Shown: positions 10,731 to 21,483 of the stretch, piece after piece
Numbering within the stretch: position 1 is the first letter of the stretch
How the letters are laid out: every line of letters begins with the position of its first letter
Origin: Thermoanaerobaculia bacterium
GTDB taxonomy: Bacteria > Acidobacteriota > Thermoanaerobaculia > Multivoradales > JAGPDF01
Length of the DNA stretch: 64,000 nucleotides
Assembly: GCA_963788175.1 (NCBI GenBank)
Contig: CAWBFZ010000006.1
Span: 55,221 to 119,220 of the forward strand
Direction: 5' to 3'
Made by a program: the position numbers and the translations under genes
The notes under the pieces: model-generated
The model's database searches: none
The model's input: only the letters and a program-made list of their open reading frames with translations
Told to the model about the DNA's origin: nothing

Positions 10731-11162
10731 ATGAACATGACGCTCGCCATTCTCAAGCCCGACACGGTTGCCGCGGGCAACGCCGGCAAGGTCCTCGCCC
10801 ACCTCGAAGCCACGGGCTTCACGATCCGCGGACTGCGGGTGCTGCACCTCACGCCGGCGCAGGCGGAGGCGTTCTACGCCGTGCACCGTGAGCGCCCGTT
10901 CTTCGGCAGCCTGGTCACCTTCATGACCGAGGGCCCGGTCATCCCGGTGGCCCTCGAGCGCGCCGACGGCGCCGACCCGGTGCCGGCGCTGCGCGAGGTC
11001 ATGGGCGCGACCGACGTGGCGAAGGCCGCCCCCGGCACCGTCCGCAAGCTCTTCGGCACCTCGATCGAGCGCAACGCCATCCACGGCTCGGACTCTCCGG
11101 AGAACGCCAGGATCGAGCTCGGCTTCTTCTTCCCGCACGCCGATCTGGTCGCCGCCGTCTAG
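10731..11162 (+). CDS. ndk: Nucleoside diphosphate kinase
   Basis: TLAILKPD, FYAVHRERPFF, RNAIHGSDS; ATG at 10731 after GGAGG. Confidence 0.96.
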   Translation: MNMTLAILKPDTVAAGNAGKVLAHLEATGFTIRGLRVLHLTPAQAEAFYAVHRERPFFGSLVTFMTEGPVIPVALERADGADPVPALREVMGATDVAKAAPGTVRKLFGTSIERNAIHGSDSPENARIELGFFFPHADLVAAV

Positions 11163-11224
11163 CCCATCAGGGAGGGGCGGCGCCCCGCTTGGCAGGCGAG
11201 CGCCGTTCCGGTAGCCTTTCCCCG

Positions 11225-11488
11225 ATGATCCACATCTCTCCCGCCTGGGCCCCCGCATCGACGCTGCCGGAAGAACGCCGCGGCAAGGTCGTCGGACGTT
11301 TCTGCCGTGAATGTTCGAGCTTCTACCCGCTGCATGCCGGGCGGCACAAGGGGAAGCCGTCGTTCGGACGCGACCACGTGAGCTCGCCCTGCAGCTGCGA
11401 AGGCCGGACGTTCGAAGAGGGTGCGACCTGGTGGGAGCCGGCCGTCGCGGTGCTCGCTCCGGCCGCTCCGCTAGCCGTACCGGCCTGA
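11225..11488 (+). CDS. Small Cys/His-rich hypothetical protein
   Basis: 87-aa ORF filling the gap after ndk; GC-rich third positions; CRECSSFYPLH and SPCSC motifs. Confidence 0.55.
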   Translation: MIHISPAWAPASTLPEERRGKVVGRFCRECSSFYPLHAGRHKGKPSFGRDHVSSPCSCEGRTFEEGATWWEPAVAVLAPAAPLAVPA

Positions 11489-11530
11489 TCCGCTGCCCGA
11501 GAGCCGCGCCGGCCGGTGGCCGCCGCGGCG

Positions 11531-11896
11531 TCACTCGCGCAGCGCGCGTTCCAGTTCCTGGGCCACCGCCGCGATCTCGGATTTCGCGGCGAGATGCCAA
11601 CCGCTGCGGAAGCGCTCGCGCAACAGGCGGTTGACCGCCGCGAGCGGGAGGTCCCGGGTGGCCTCCGCCAAAACCTGCCAGTCGGACTCGAGCTCTTCGA
11701 CGTCGTCGAGGTCGGCTTCGCCGATGAAGGCGTAGGCCGCCTCGGCCGCCGAGCCGAATTCGAGCTGCCAGTCCTCGTGCAGATAGCCGCCGACGAAGGC
11801 GGCGAGGCTCGGCAGGTCCTCCGGGTTCACCCGGTCGAGGAGCGCCGCGCGCGACGCGGAATCAGCGGGATCGAACCCCTCCAGGTGCCGGCTCAC
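11531..11896 (-). CDS. CdiI-like immunity protein (CdiI_4-type)
   Basis: Acidic 121-aa protein with LAAFVGGYLHEDW motif; overlaps the stop codon of the upstream RNase-like gene. Confidence 0.7.
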   Translation of the reverse strand: MSRHLEGFDPADSASRAALLDRVNPEDLPSLAAFVGGYLHEDWQLEFGSAAEAAYAFIGEADLDDVEELESDWQVLAEATRDLPLAAVNRLLRERFRSGWHLAAKSEIAAVAQELERALRE

Positions 11897-12423
11897 GGTT
11901 CCACCGGGTAGGCGGTGAGAACAAAAAAGCGCGCGCCGCGCTTGCGCAGGACGACGCGCGCGTCGGTCGCTGCGCGCGACCGGTTCTCGCCACGCAGCAG
12001 GACCTGGCCGATCGTCCGGCCGCTTTCGCCGCGGTAGTCGAGGGCAAGAGTCTCTTTGTCATGGCGCATCCAGAATGCAATGCGCTCCTGCTCGCGCGCG
12101 AGGGTCGCGCCGACCACCGCCTCGGCGGTCGCCCGGTCGGCGAAGCTCGAAGCGGCGGCGACGCCGGATTCGCGCTCGAGACGCAGGGCGAGCTCGCTCG
12201 CGCTGCGTCCGACGTGCCGCGCCAGGGCGTGCCCTCCCTGCTGCTCGTCCCACGCCAGGTCGCGCCCCGCTCTGCCGGCGGATTCGGAAACCTCCGCCCG
12301 GGCGGACCCGGAGTGGGGCGTCGGGCGCGTGGACTTGAGGACGTGCGTGCGCCAGAGGAGGATCAGCAGGATCGCGCCGAAGGCGAGCATCGCGACCAGC
12401 CTGCTCCCTGTGCGGTTCCGCAT
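11893..12423 (-). CDS. Bacterial RNase A-like (CdiA-CT-type) domain protein with N-terminal signal/anchor
   Basis: GGHALARHVG, ASSFADRATAE and C-terminal VLTAYP motifs; hydrophobic LVAMLAFGAILLILLW; ATG at 12423 (read inside the 11893..14049 ORF). Confidence 0.75.
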   Translation of the reverse strand: MRNRTGSRLVAMLAFGAILLILLWRTHVLKSTRPTPHSGSARAEVSESAGRAGRDLAWDEQQGGHALARHVGRSASELALRLERESGVAAASSFADRATAEAVVGATLAREQERIAFWMRHDKETLALDYRGESGRTIGQVLLRGENRSRAATDARVVLRKRGARFFVLTAYPVEP

Positions 12424-12434
12424 CGGAGCGGATC

Positions 12435-13788
12435 TTAGACCGAACGGGCCGCCGTTGCGGGATCGTTGCCCGCTTCGTTGCCGAACAGGACCCCGATGCT
12501 GCGCAGGAAGGGGAACGGTGGCTCGCCGCCGATCAGGACGAAGACGTAGTCGTTGTCGAGCGTGATCTCGCCCTCGGCAGTGCGGAGCCGCACCTGATCG
12601 CGACGGATCTCCAGAACCTCGGACCCGAGGAGCGGGCGGATCTTGCCGCGTTTGACGAGCTTGTCCAGAGTCTCCAGGTTCTTCGCCTTGACGCGGTCGA
12701 ATGCCTTGCCGCGATAGGAGAGGGTCAACTGGTTGCCGGCCTGCCGGGCGAGGCCCATGGCGGCCTCGATCGCGCTGTCGCCGCCGCCGACGCAGATGAT
12801 CTTCTTGCCGCGGTACTCCTCGGCGTCGCGCACCTGGTACATCACCTTCGGCAGCTGCCTCGCCGGGAACCCCGAGCTTGCGTGGCGTGCCGCGGCGGCC
12901 GAGCGCCAGCAGCACGCGGCGGGCGCGCCAGGCACCGTTGACGGTGAGGATGTGGAAGAGCCCGCCCTCCGGGATCACCTGCAGCACCTTCTGGCCGAAG
13001 AGGACCTCGAGCCGGTGCTTCTCCAGCAGGCCGCGGAAGAGCTCGAGCAGTTCCTCCTTGCTGTACTCCTGCTTGCGCAGCGGGCCGTAGAGCGGCAGAA
13101 CGACCTCTTCGGTATGGGTGAGCTTGCGGCGCGGGAAGTTGTAGATCGTTCCGCCGAGATCGCTCTGTTGTTCGAAGACGGCGTAGCGCAGGCCGCTCTC
13201 GACCGCGGTGAGCGCGGCGGCGAGACCGGCCGGGCCGGCGCCGAGGATGGCGACGTCGAGCAGCTCCGGGTCCTGGCGGACGACTCCGGCGAGGTCCGCG
13301 GCGATGGCGTGCACCGTTTCCCTGCCCTGGCGCACCGCGTTGCGGATCAGGGCGAGGCCGGCGAGCTCGCCGGCCACGTAGACGCCCGGCACGTTGGTCT
13401 CGCGTCGCTCGGTCATCCACGGCACGTCGGCGCGGCCGCGCAGGTCGCCGAGCGCGATCTCGATCGCCTGCACCGGGCAGGCCTTGGCGCAGGCGGCGAT
13501 GCCGACGCAGCGGCTCCCCTGGACGGCGACCGCCAGTCCGCCGACGATGCCCAGGACCTTCTCCGGACAGGCCGCGACGCAACCGCCGCAGCCGATGCAG
13601 ACGGCGGGGTCGATGTAGGGGAAGGCACCCATCGGCTGTTGGGGACCGTGGAGCAGCGCGGCGCCGGCGCGCTCGCGATCGCGCCGATTGCGGCGCCGGA
13701 AGGAGATCAGGTAGCCGAGCACGATCAGCGCCACGACGGCGAGGGCCGACGCCCAGATCAGAGTCCCGGTGTGCAGTACGGAGGGCAT
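12435..13788 (-). CDS. Membrane-anchored ferredoxin (two FeS motifs) fused to a TrxB-like FAD/NAD(P) oxidoreductase; one frameshift near 12857
   Basis: TM helix followed by RRRNRRDRER; CIGCGGCVAACP and CVGIAACAKACP; GAGPAG and VGGGDSA Rossmann motifs; no TrxR CxxC. Confidence 0.82.
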
Positions 13789-13790
13789 CG

Positions 13791-15690
13791 TCACAGCGGC
13801 AGGACGGCCGACTTGTGGCAGTCGGCGCAGGCACTGCCGACCGGCTTGAGGCGGGCGACCTCCTTGCCGCCGATGCGCTCCCGGAAGTGGCAGCCGACAC
13901 AGGCGACGGCGCGGTGCGCGCCCTCGAGGCGGTAGGTCGAGTCGCGATTGTGGTCGAAGCGTGAGGGGCCCCAGCTCGAGTCGCCGTGGCACTTCTCGCA
14001 GCCGGTGCCGACCTGCCCGAGATGCGGATCGGCGTGGCAGCCAGAGCACAGGAGCGGCGCCCCGGCGAGGCGGACCTCGCGCGGCGTCGCCCAGGCGCGC
14101 GCCGACGGCGGCGGCAGCACGACGGCGGCCGACGTCGGCAGCGGACGGCCCCCGGCCGGGGTCGGCAAAGGAAAGGCGCGGCCGACCTCGACTGGGGCAG
14201 GCCGCCGGCGGCCGGGCTCTTGTGGCAGCCGAGGCAGGCGACCTTGAGATGCAATCCGGCGACCGGGAACTTCGTCACGCTGTGGTCGAAGCGGATCGCG
14301 CGCCAGTCGGTGAGCGCATGACAGGCGAGGCAGCCCTCCTTCCCGAGGTACTTCTCGGTGTCGCCGGCGTGCGGATCGCGATGGCAGTCCGCGCAGTCCG
14401 ACTTCGGGAAACGGAACTGGGTGATGGCCGGCGGTCCGGTCGGCCTTGGGCGCGGGCGCGACCCGGACGAGAGCGATGCCGGCGCGTTCGAGCTCGGCGG
14501 GCGGCAGGGTGCGATGGCAGGTGGCGCACTTCGTCGTGCGATGGCTCCCCAGCAGCGGGTAGGAGGTGGCCTCGTGCAGCGCGACGGTGTAGGTCGAGGG
14601 GCGGAAACCGGAGGTCGTGTGGCACTCGCCGCACTCTCCGCCGCTCTTGCGCCGGGCGAGCTGGCCGGCGTGCGCGTCCGCGTGGCAGGAGGCGCAGCGC
14701 TCGAAGCCGGGAATCTGCCTCGGCTTGCCGGGCAGGTGGCAGGCGAGGCAGTCGGTCGCCTGGTGCTTGCCGGTGAGCGGATAGCGGGTGCGGGCGTGGT
14801 CGAAGTTGGCGCGCTGGATCCGCTTCCAGTCGTCGCTCGTGTGGCAGCTCTCGCACTTCGCCCCGAAGCGGCCCTGGTGCGGGTCCTTGTGGCAACCGGC
14901 ACAGGTGGTGGGCACGCCGCGATAGGCGACGTCCGGCGGGGCCGATCCGGCCTGCGGAGTGTCCGCAGAGCGTGGAAGATGCGGCGGGGCGGAAGTTGCG
15001 CCAGCCGGGACGGTCGGGTGGCAGCGCGCGCAGGCCACCTTGACGTGGGCGAGGGTGAGCGGGAACTTCGACTTGTCGTGGTCGAAGAGCTCGGCGGGCC
15101 GGAACTTCTTCAGCCCGTGACAGCTCGCGCAGTCGGCGGTGCCGAACTGGCCGCGATGGGCGTCCTTGTGGCAGGAGGCGCAGCGCGTCTCGAGTCCGAG
15201 GAAGGTGCGCTCGAGCTCGACGCCCTTGGCGAGAAGCGGCGCCGGGTCGGCGATCGACTGCTTGCGATGGCAGGCGCGGCACTCGAGCGGCGCGTGCGCG
15301 CCCTGCAGGGTGTAGCCGGCGAGCGCGTGGTCGAAGGCCTTCTGGCCGGCCTTGCCCCAGTAGACCAGCTCGAAGTCGCGGCCCTGATGCTCGATGTGGC
15401 AGTGCTCGCAGTCGCCGTGGTCCGGCCGGGAGTGGAGGCCTCGCCGGCGTCGATGCGCTGCTGGATCGGCGTGTGGCAGGTGAGGCAGAGCCCCCGGTCG
15501 ACGCCGCGCTTGGCGCTGTGGCAGTTGAGGCATCCGTCGCTGCCGTCGAACTTCGCATGCGCGTGGCTCAACTCGCCGGGCGAGATCTGGCCGCGCGCCG
15601 CCGGCGGCGAGAGCAGCGCGCATCCCAACCCGGCGAGGATCCCGGCGGCGGCCAGGATGCGCCCCGATGCCCGGCCGCAGCTCAGTGTCC
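13791..15690 (-). CDS. Exported multiheme cytochrome c, 20 CXXCH; frameshifted near 15440 and 14440
   Basis: Signal-like ILAAAGILAGLGCALLSPPAARG; 20 CXXCH counted across frames; FDH..FPL.G.H and CH.D.H.G repeats; exact start unclear. Confidence 0.85.
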
Positions 15691-16553
15691 GATCCCCGCG
15701 TAACCGGTCATCCAGGCGACGCCGATGTGCACCACCATGAAGAGATACATGACGACGGCGAACGGCTTGTGGAAGACGTGCCAGTAGTGGAAGAGCTCGC
15801 GCACTCTCTGCCACAGCAGGATGCGGCGGTGGAGGCGCACCTTGTGGGTCGCCAGGAGCTCGAACCGGCGGCGCAGACGCCGATCGACCGCCGGGAAATC
15901 GCGCCGGAAACGGCGCAGCCGGAAGCGCAGCGCCAGGGCGTCGTAGGGAAATCGGAGGACCATGCCGAAGAGGGACTGTTTGGCGCCGGTACCGATCTCC
16001 GCCACGGCATCGAGTTGCCGGATCGCATCGGCATCGAGGCCGACCTCGTCCATCAGCTGGCGGGCAAGCTCCTGGTCGAGCTTCTCGACCTCGGCCAGCG
16101 ACAGCTCGTCACCGGCGTTCGAGTGTGGAATCTGGCGGTACAGGTACCGCCCGGCGACGCCGCTCGAGGCGACCGCGACCATCGACCAGAAAGAGAGCGC
16201 GACCAGGCCCTGCACCTTGAAGGAGCTGTGGAGGAGGATGAAGAGAGGACCGCACAGGCCGAGCAGAATGTGAAAGTCGAGCCAGTCGCTGACCGGTCCC
16301 AGACGGCGCAGGAGGGCGAAGCGCTTGCGCACCGAGTAGAGCAGCATGACGATCATCATCGCCGCGCCGACGATGCCGAAGGCGAGGCCCCACGAGCCTC
16401 CCGGCTTGAGCTGCCAGTAGAGCGGGTGGCGCGGCCGTTCGGCGAGCGGCGTCAGGTAGTAGGGCAGTCCCTGCGAGCCGCGAACCAGGCGAGGCTGCCG
16501 AGAAACAGCACATAGAGGCCAACGAGCACGAGCCGCTGGGGGGCGACCTTCAC
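15682..16553 (-). CDS. Inner-membrane protein with paired TM histidines (ferric-reductase/cytochrome b-like); frameshift near 16470
   Basis: About 5 TM segments with WLDFHILLG, ILLHSSFK, HYWHVFHKPF and MVVHIG; GTG at 16553. Confidence 0.65.
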
Positions 16554-16554
16554 T

Positions 16555-17849
16555 TCACTTCGCTCCGCTCTCCAGGGTGATGGTGACCGGCGTGCCGGAG
16601 AAGCGCCTGCGACCGCGGCGGTCGAGATCGCCGGGCTCCTTGGTCGAGGCGTTGCCGTCGCCGTCGAGGCTGACCGAGAGGTTGCCCTTCGAGCGGCAGG
16701 GGCTGACCCATCATGCTGTCGTCGACGGAAAGGGTCAGCTCGAGCGGGAAGGTCGGATTCGAGATCCGCTTGACCGCGGCCGGCGGCCCCGGCGTGTCGC
16801 CGCGCAGGGCGACGAAGAGGGTCGCCCGACTGCCCGCCGCACCGCGCGGCGCGACCGTCCCCGGCGCGAGCTCGATGTGCAGGCGATAGGCGCCGCCGCC
16901 TGCGGCCGCCGCCGCGGGGGACTGGGCGGCAGCCGGAGGGGCCGCGCCGGCCATCGCGATGGCTCCGGCGCCGCCGGCGCCGCCGCCCGCCTCGACTTCC
17001 GCCAGCAGCTCCTCGATCGGCGGGAAGTTGCCGCCGGCCGCCGCCAGGCCCTTCTTCCAGGTCGCGATCGCCTGCGGCATCTGGCCGAGAGCGGCCTCCG
17101 CCTGGCCCTTCGCCAGCGAGGCCAGGAGGTGGTCGGGATGCTGCGCGAGGACGCCGTCCATGAGCTGCACGGTGAGCGGCCACTGGCCCATGGCCAGGCG
17201 CACCACGCCTTCGACGAAGAGGCCGTCCGGATCGTTGGGCGGCCTGCTTCTGCAGCTCTCTCGCCTGCTCGAAGGCCTCCATCAGGAGGTTGGCGTTGAG
17301 CAGCGCGACGGTGAGCTGGCGGCGCGCCTGGAGGTCCTGCGGCGCCGCCTGGACCTGCGCGCGAAACTGCTCGAGCTGCGCCGCGACTTCCGGGGTGAGC
17401 TCGGCGCTCTCGTCGTGGGCGGCTGCGGCGGCCTCGGGCGAGGCGGCGGGCGCGGCCGCGAGCCATTTGAGCCATCGGAGCCATCGGAGCCATCGGGGCC
17501 GTCGGAGCCATCTGCGCCGTCGGCGACATCGCAGCGGTACCCGCGCCCATCTCGTCCTTCGGTCGCGAGCCCACGGTGGCCCAGTAGATCGAGGCCGCCG
17601 ATGACGAGGCAGCTGGCGACTCCGAAGAGGAATCCGACCAGCCCCGACCGCCGTTCGGAGGTCGCCGGTCCGGCGGTGGTGCCCGGCCCAGCGGCCGAGA
17701 CAGCGTCCGGCGCGCCGGCACCAGATCCTTCGGAGGGCAGGCCTGTCGCGCTGCCCAGCGGGCTCTCGCTGCTTGCCCCGCAAAGCGAACCAGAGACCTG
17801 CGGCAAGGCCCACGGCGACGACGATCAGACCAGGAATCCAGACGTTCAT
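16555..17849 (-). CDS. ccmI: CcmI/CycH-like TPR cytochrome c maturation protein; several frameshifts
   Basis: N-terminal TM, TPR-like helices (PQDLQARRQLTVALL; PNDPDGLFVEG), C-terminal ATLFVALR...PPAAVKRI...FPLELTLSVDDSMM domain; follows ccmH with an ATGA overlap. Confidence 0.7.
17461..17530. repeat. 9-bp tandem repeat encoding Met-Ala-Pro repeats in ccmI
   Basis: GAGCCATCG x3 plus degenerate copies; minus strand reads MSPTAQMAPTAPMAPMAPMAQMA. Confidence 0.75.
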
Positions 17850-18352
17850 GACGGTTTCGAATCCTCCTGCGGGGTGGAAGTTGGGGGCGCCGGGCGCTGC
17901 GGCCGCAGGCGGAAGAAGATCATCAGCGCGCCGGCGGCGAACGCCAGCATCGGCATCAGCCAGACCATCCAGTTGAAGCCCTCCGCCTTGGGCTCGAGGC
18001 GGATGAACTCGCCGTAGGAGCGCTCGAACGCGGCGATCACCTGGTCCTCGGAGTAGCCGAGGGAGAGCATGCGACGGACCTCGGCCTTGAGGTCGACCGC
18101 CGAGGAGGACGGCGAGTCGGCCACCGACAGGCCCTGGCAGACCGGGCAGCGCATCAGGGAGGAGACCTCCTCCGTGGCGCGGTCGAGCGCCGCGCCGGCG
18201 AGCGGCGGCCCGAGCGGCGCCGGTCCTGGCCCGGCGCGGCGGGCGCTCTGTGCGCTGACGGCAAGCGGCGTCAGAACGACCACCAGGGCAGCAGCAGCGA
18301 CGAGCGCCGTGAGGCACGCGCCGCGGCGCGACAGCTTCGGGAGAGAGTTCAC
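17846..18352 (-). CDS. ccmH: Cytochrome c biogenesis protein CcmH
   Basis: MRCPVCQGLSVADS, YGEFIRLEP, WMVWLMP. Confidence 0.92.
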   Translation of the reverse strand: MNSLPKLSRRGACLTALVAAAALVVVLTPLAVSAQSARRAGPGPAPLGPPLAGAALDRATEEVSSLMRCPVCQGLSVADSPSSSAVDLKAEVRRMLSLGYSEDQVIAAFERSYGEFIRLEPKAEGFNWMVWLMPMLAFAAGALMIFFRLRPQRPAPPTSTPQEDSKPS

Positions 18353-18863
18353 AGCATCGCCTCCAGCGAGCGGGTCAGACCGTCGAAGCTCACCATGCCG
18401 GTGACCTTCTCGTGGACGATGCCCCGGGCGTCGATGAGGAAGGTCTCGGGCACGCCGTAGACGCCGAACCGAATGGCGGTGCGCGAGTCGGGGTCGACCA
18501 GCGCCGGGCCCCAGACTGCCGCGCTGGCGTTCGTAGGCGCGGATCGCCTCGCGGCGTGTCCTGGTAGATCACGCTCACGAACCGCGCCCGCCCGGCGTAG
18601 CGGCGCGCCAGGGCGGCGAAGATCGGATTCTCCGCGGCGCACGGCTGGCACCAGGTCGCCCAGAAGTTGACCACCACCGGCTGCCCGCGCAGGTCCGCGA
18701 GCCGGAGCGTCCGTCCCTCGAGGTCGCTCAGAGCGAACTCCGGCGCCGGCTGGCCGATGAGCGGCGAGATCACCTCGCGCGGGTCGTGGCGCAGGCCCGA
18801 GGCCAGCATGACGAGCAGCGGGGCGACCAGGATCAGGCCGATGAGCAGGACCTTGCGGTTCAT
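18349..18863 (-). CDS. ccmG: CcmG/DsbE thiol-disulfide oxidoreductase; frameshift near 18550
   Basis: VVNFWATWCQPC, GVYGVPETFLID, N-terminal TM. Confidence 0.9.
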
Positions 18864-20853
18864 GCCGCGGCCTCCGCGCCGGGGACCGGATCGGGCTTGC
18901 CGCCCCGAGAAGCGCAGGCCGGCGGGCAGCAGACAGATCGCCGTGCCGACGACGATGATGAAGACGCCGATCCAGATCCAGACCACGGCCGGCGTGACGA
19001 TGGCGCGCAGGCCGATGCTGCCGTCGGTGCCGACGTTCATCAGCGAGAGGTAGAGGTCGTGGCCGAGCGCCGTGCGGACGGCCGGCGTGCCGATCGGCTC
19101 CATGCGGGTGTCGTAGCGGTTGAGCGCCGGCTCGAGCGTGCCGGCGTCCTTGCCGTTGCGCTCGATCCGCATCACGGGCGCGATCCGAGACCCGATGCGG
19201 CTCCGGGCGCGCGTCCACCTTCTCGAAGGTGAGGTTGTAGCCCGCGACCGTCCATCGACTCGCCGGGTCGCATCGTCGCCTCGTGCGCGACCTGATAGGA
19301 CGACGAGACGGCGATGGCGACGAAGGTCACGACGACGCCCAGATGGGCGAGGTAGGCGCCGTAGCGGCGCGCTCCCGCGTCGCACGGCTTCGCCGACCGC
19401 CTCGGTCCACGGCTCGTCCTCGCGGCGCCGGCGGGTGAGGCGCAGTCCCTGGTCGAAGTTGACCCAGACGGCGTAGCCGGCGAGGGCGCCGGTGACGAGG
19501 ACGCCCCAGCTGCGGCCGCCGGCGGCGAGCGTCACGAGGAGGCCGGCGATCGCCGCCGGAATCGGAAAGAGCAGGGCGCGGCGGACGTTGCGGTTGTCGG
19601 CCCGCCCCCAGGGGAGCGCCGGACCGATGCCGATGAGCAGCAGCAGGCCGAGGCTGATCGGAATCGCCATGCGGTTGAAGTAGGGCTCGCCGACGCTGAC
19701 CTTGACGCCGCGCACCATCTCGGCGGCGATCGGGAAGAGCGTGCCGACCAGCACCGTGAACATGAAGACGAGCAGCAGCAGGTTGTTGATCAGGAAGGCG
19801 CCTTCGCGGGTCCACAGCGTCTCGCGGTCGGGATCCGAGGCGAGGGTGTCCATGCGCATGGCGAGCACGACGACGGAGGCCACGAGGCAGAAGCCGAGGA
19901 AGGCGAGGAAGGCCGGGCCGATCGGCGTCTGGGTGAAGGAGTGCACCGAGTTGACGACTCCCGAGCGGGTGAGGAAGGTGCCGAGGATCGTCAGCAGGAA
20001 GGTCACGACGACGAGCACGACCGTCCAGGCCCGCAGCGTCCCCTTGCGCTGCAGCACCAGCGCCGAGTGCACGGCGGCGATGGCGGTGAGCCAGGGGAGG
20101 AAGGAGGCGTTCTCCACCGGATCCCAGGCCCAGTAGCCGCCCCAGCCGAGCACTTCGTAGGACCACCAGCCGCCGAGCATCACGCCCATCGTCAGGAAGC
20201 CGGTCGGCACGAGCAGCCAGGTGCGCAGCGAGCGGATCCAGTCGCGGTCGAGCCGGCCGGCGAAGAGCGCGGCCATGGCGATCGCGAACGGCACGCTCAT
20301 GCCGACGTAGCCGAGATAGAGCATCGGCGGATGGATGATCATCAGCGGATGGTTCTGCAGCAGCGGATTCGGCCCCGGGCCGTCGGTCGGCACCGGCAGC
20401 GGCGTCGGCGCGAACGGATCGGCCGGCCCGGCGATCAGGAAGGTGAAGAAGATGCCGACCACGAAGAGCGTCCCGAGCATGTAGCCCAACTGGTCGGGAG
20501 CGCTCCGGCGCAGGTGGAAGGCCGACCCGGCGGTGAAGACCCCGAGGATCGAGGCCCCAGAAGAGGATCGACCCGTCGAGCGACGACCAGAGCGAGACGA
20601 TGGTGATGTGCAGGGGGGTCGCGAGCGACCCGACCTGCGCCACGTAGGAGACCGAGAAGTCGTGGCGAACGAGGGCGAAGATCATCAGGCCGGTGGCGAG
20701 CGCCATCATGACGGCATAGACGTAGGCGAGGCGCCGCGCGCGCGCGATCCCGCCGGCGGCGCGCCGCTGGGCGGCAGCGAAGCTCATCACCGCGCCGGTC
20801 GTCGCGAGGAGCAGCGCCGCCAGGACGACGGAGCGGCCGAGGATGGAGATCAT
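18860..20853 (-). CDS. ccmF: Heme lyase CcmF; several frameshifts
   Basis: NPLLQNHPLMIIHPPMLYLGY, WSYEVLGWGGYWAWDPVENAS, FLTRSGVVNSVHSF, VSVGEPYFN. Confidence 0.93.
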
Positions 20854-21349
20854 CGGGGATCTCCGGATGCGGAGGGCTCGAGCGTCTCGGCGAGCTCTTT
20901 GACCGTTCGAGAGTCGCCCTTGCCGGGCGCCTGGTACTCGTTGTCGTGCTTGATCATCAGGCGGTCGGTGCGCGAACGTTCCGTCGGCCTGCAGCGCGCC
21001 TTCGACGACCACGCCGATCCCTTCGCGGAACATCGCCGGCGGCACCGCCGTGCGTCGAGACGGCGACCGTCTCCGTGCCGTCGGTCATCTTGAACTGGAG
21101 ACCGAGGCCGCCCTCGCCGGTCTCGATCGAGCCCGGCGCGACCAGGCCGCCGAGGCGGATGGTGGCGCCTTCGGCCTTGCCGCCGTGGGCGCGCAGCTCG
21201 GTCGGGCTCCAGTAGTAGACCAGGCTCTTGCCGAGGCCGCCCAGGGCGAGAAATCCGAAGGTCCCGGCGGCGATGAGGATGGCGACGAGGGCGAGCAGCC
21301 GGTGCCGCCGGACTTCGGCGCGCGCCTTGTTCGAGGATTCGATCGTCAT
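20850..21349 (-). CDS. ccmE: Heme chaperone CcmE; frameshifted
   Basis: LVYYWSPTE, IRLGGLV, PPAMFREGIGVVVEG, MIKHDNEY heme-binding H-x3-Y. Confidence 0.9.
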
Positions 21350-21483
21350 GACTTGCCCTCCTTCTGATGCTGCTGTCGCGTGCGCCGGATCAGGCTCCAG
21401 GCGTAGAGGACCAGGCCGACGGCGGTGATGCTGTAGGCGGCGATGACGAAGTTCCATCCGCCGAGGATGACTCCCTCAGGCAT
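21346..21483 (-). CDS. ccmD: Heme exporter protein CcmD (45 aa, not in the ORF track)
   Basis: MPEGVILGGWNFVIAAYSITAVGLVLYAWSLIRRTRQQHQKEGKS between ccmC and ccmE, overlapping both; single TM plus basic tail. Confidence 0.82.
   Translation of the reverse strand: MPEGVILGGWNFVIAAYSITAVGLVLYAWSLIRRTRQQHQKEGKS

Noticed and set aside
18349-20853. Apparent CcmF-CcmG fusion (ORF 18390..20489 reads through)
   Set aside because: The shifted frame gives a natural CcmF end (GKPDPVPGAEAAA-stop) with an ATGA overlap onto ccmG; a single indel near 18905 explains the read-through.
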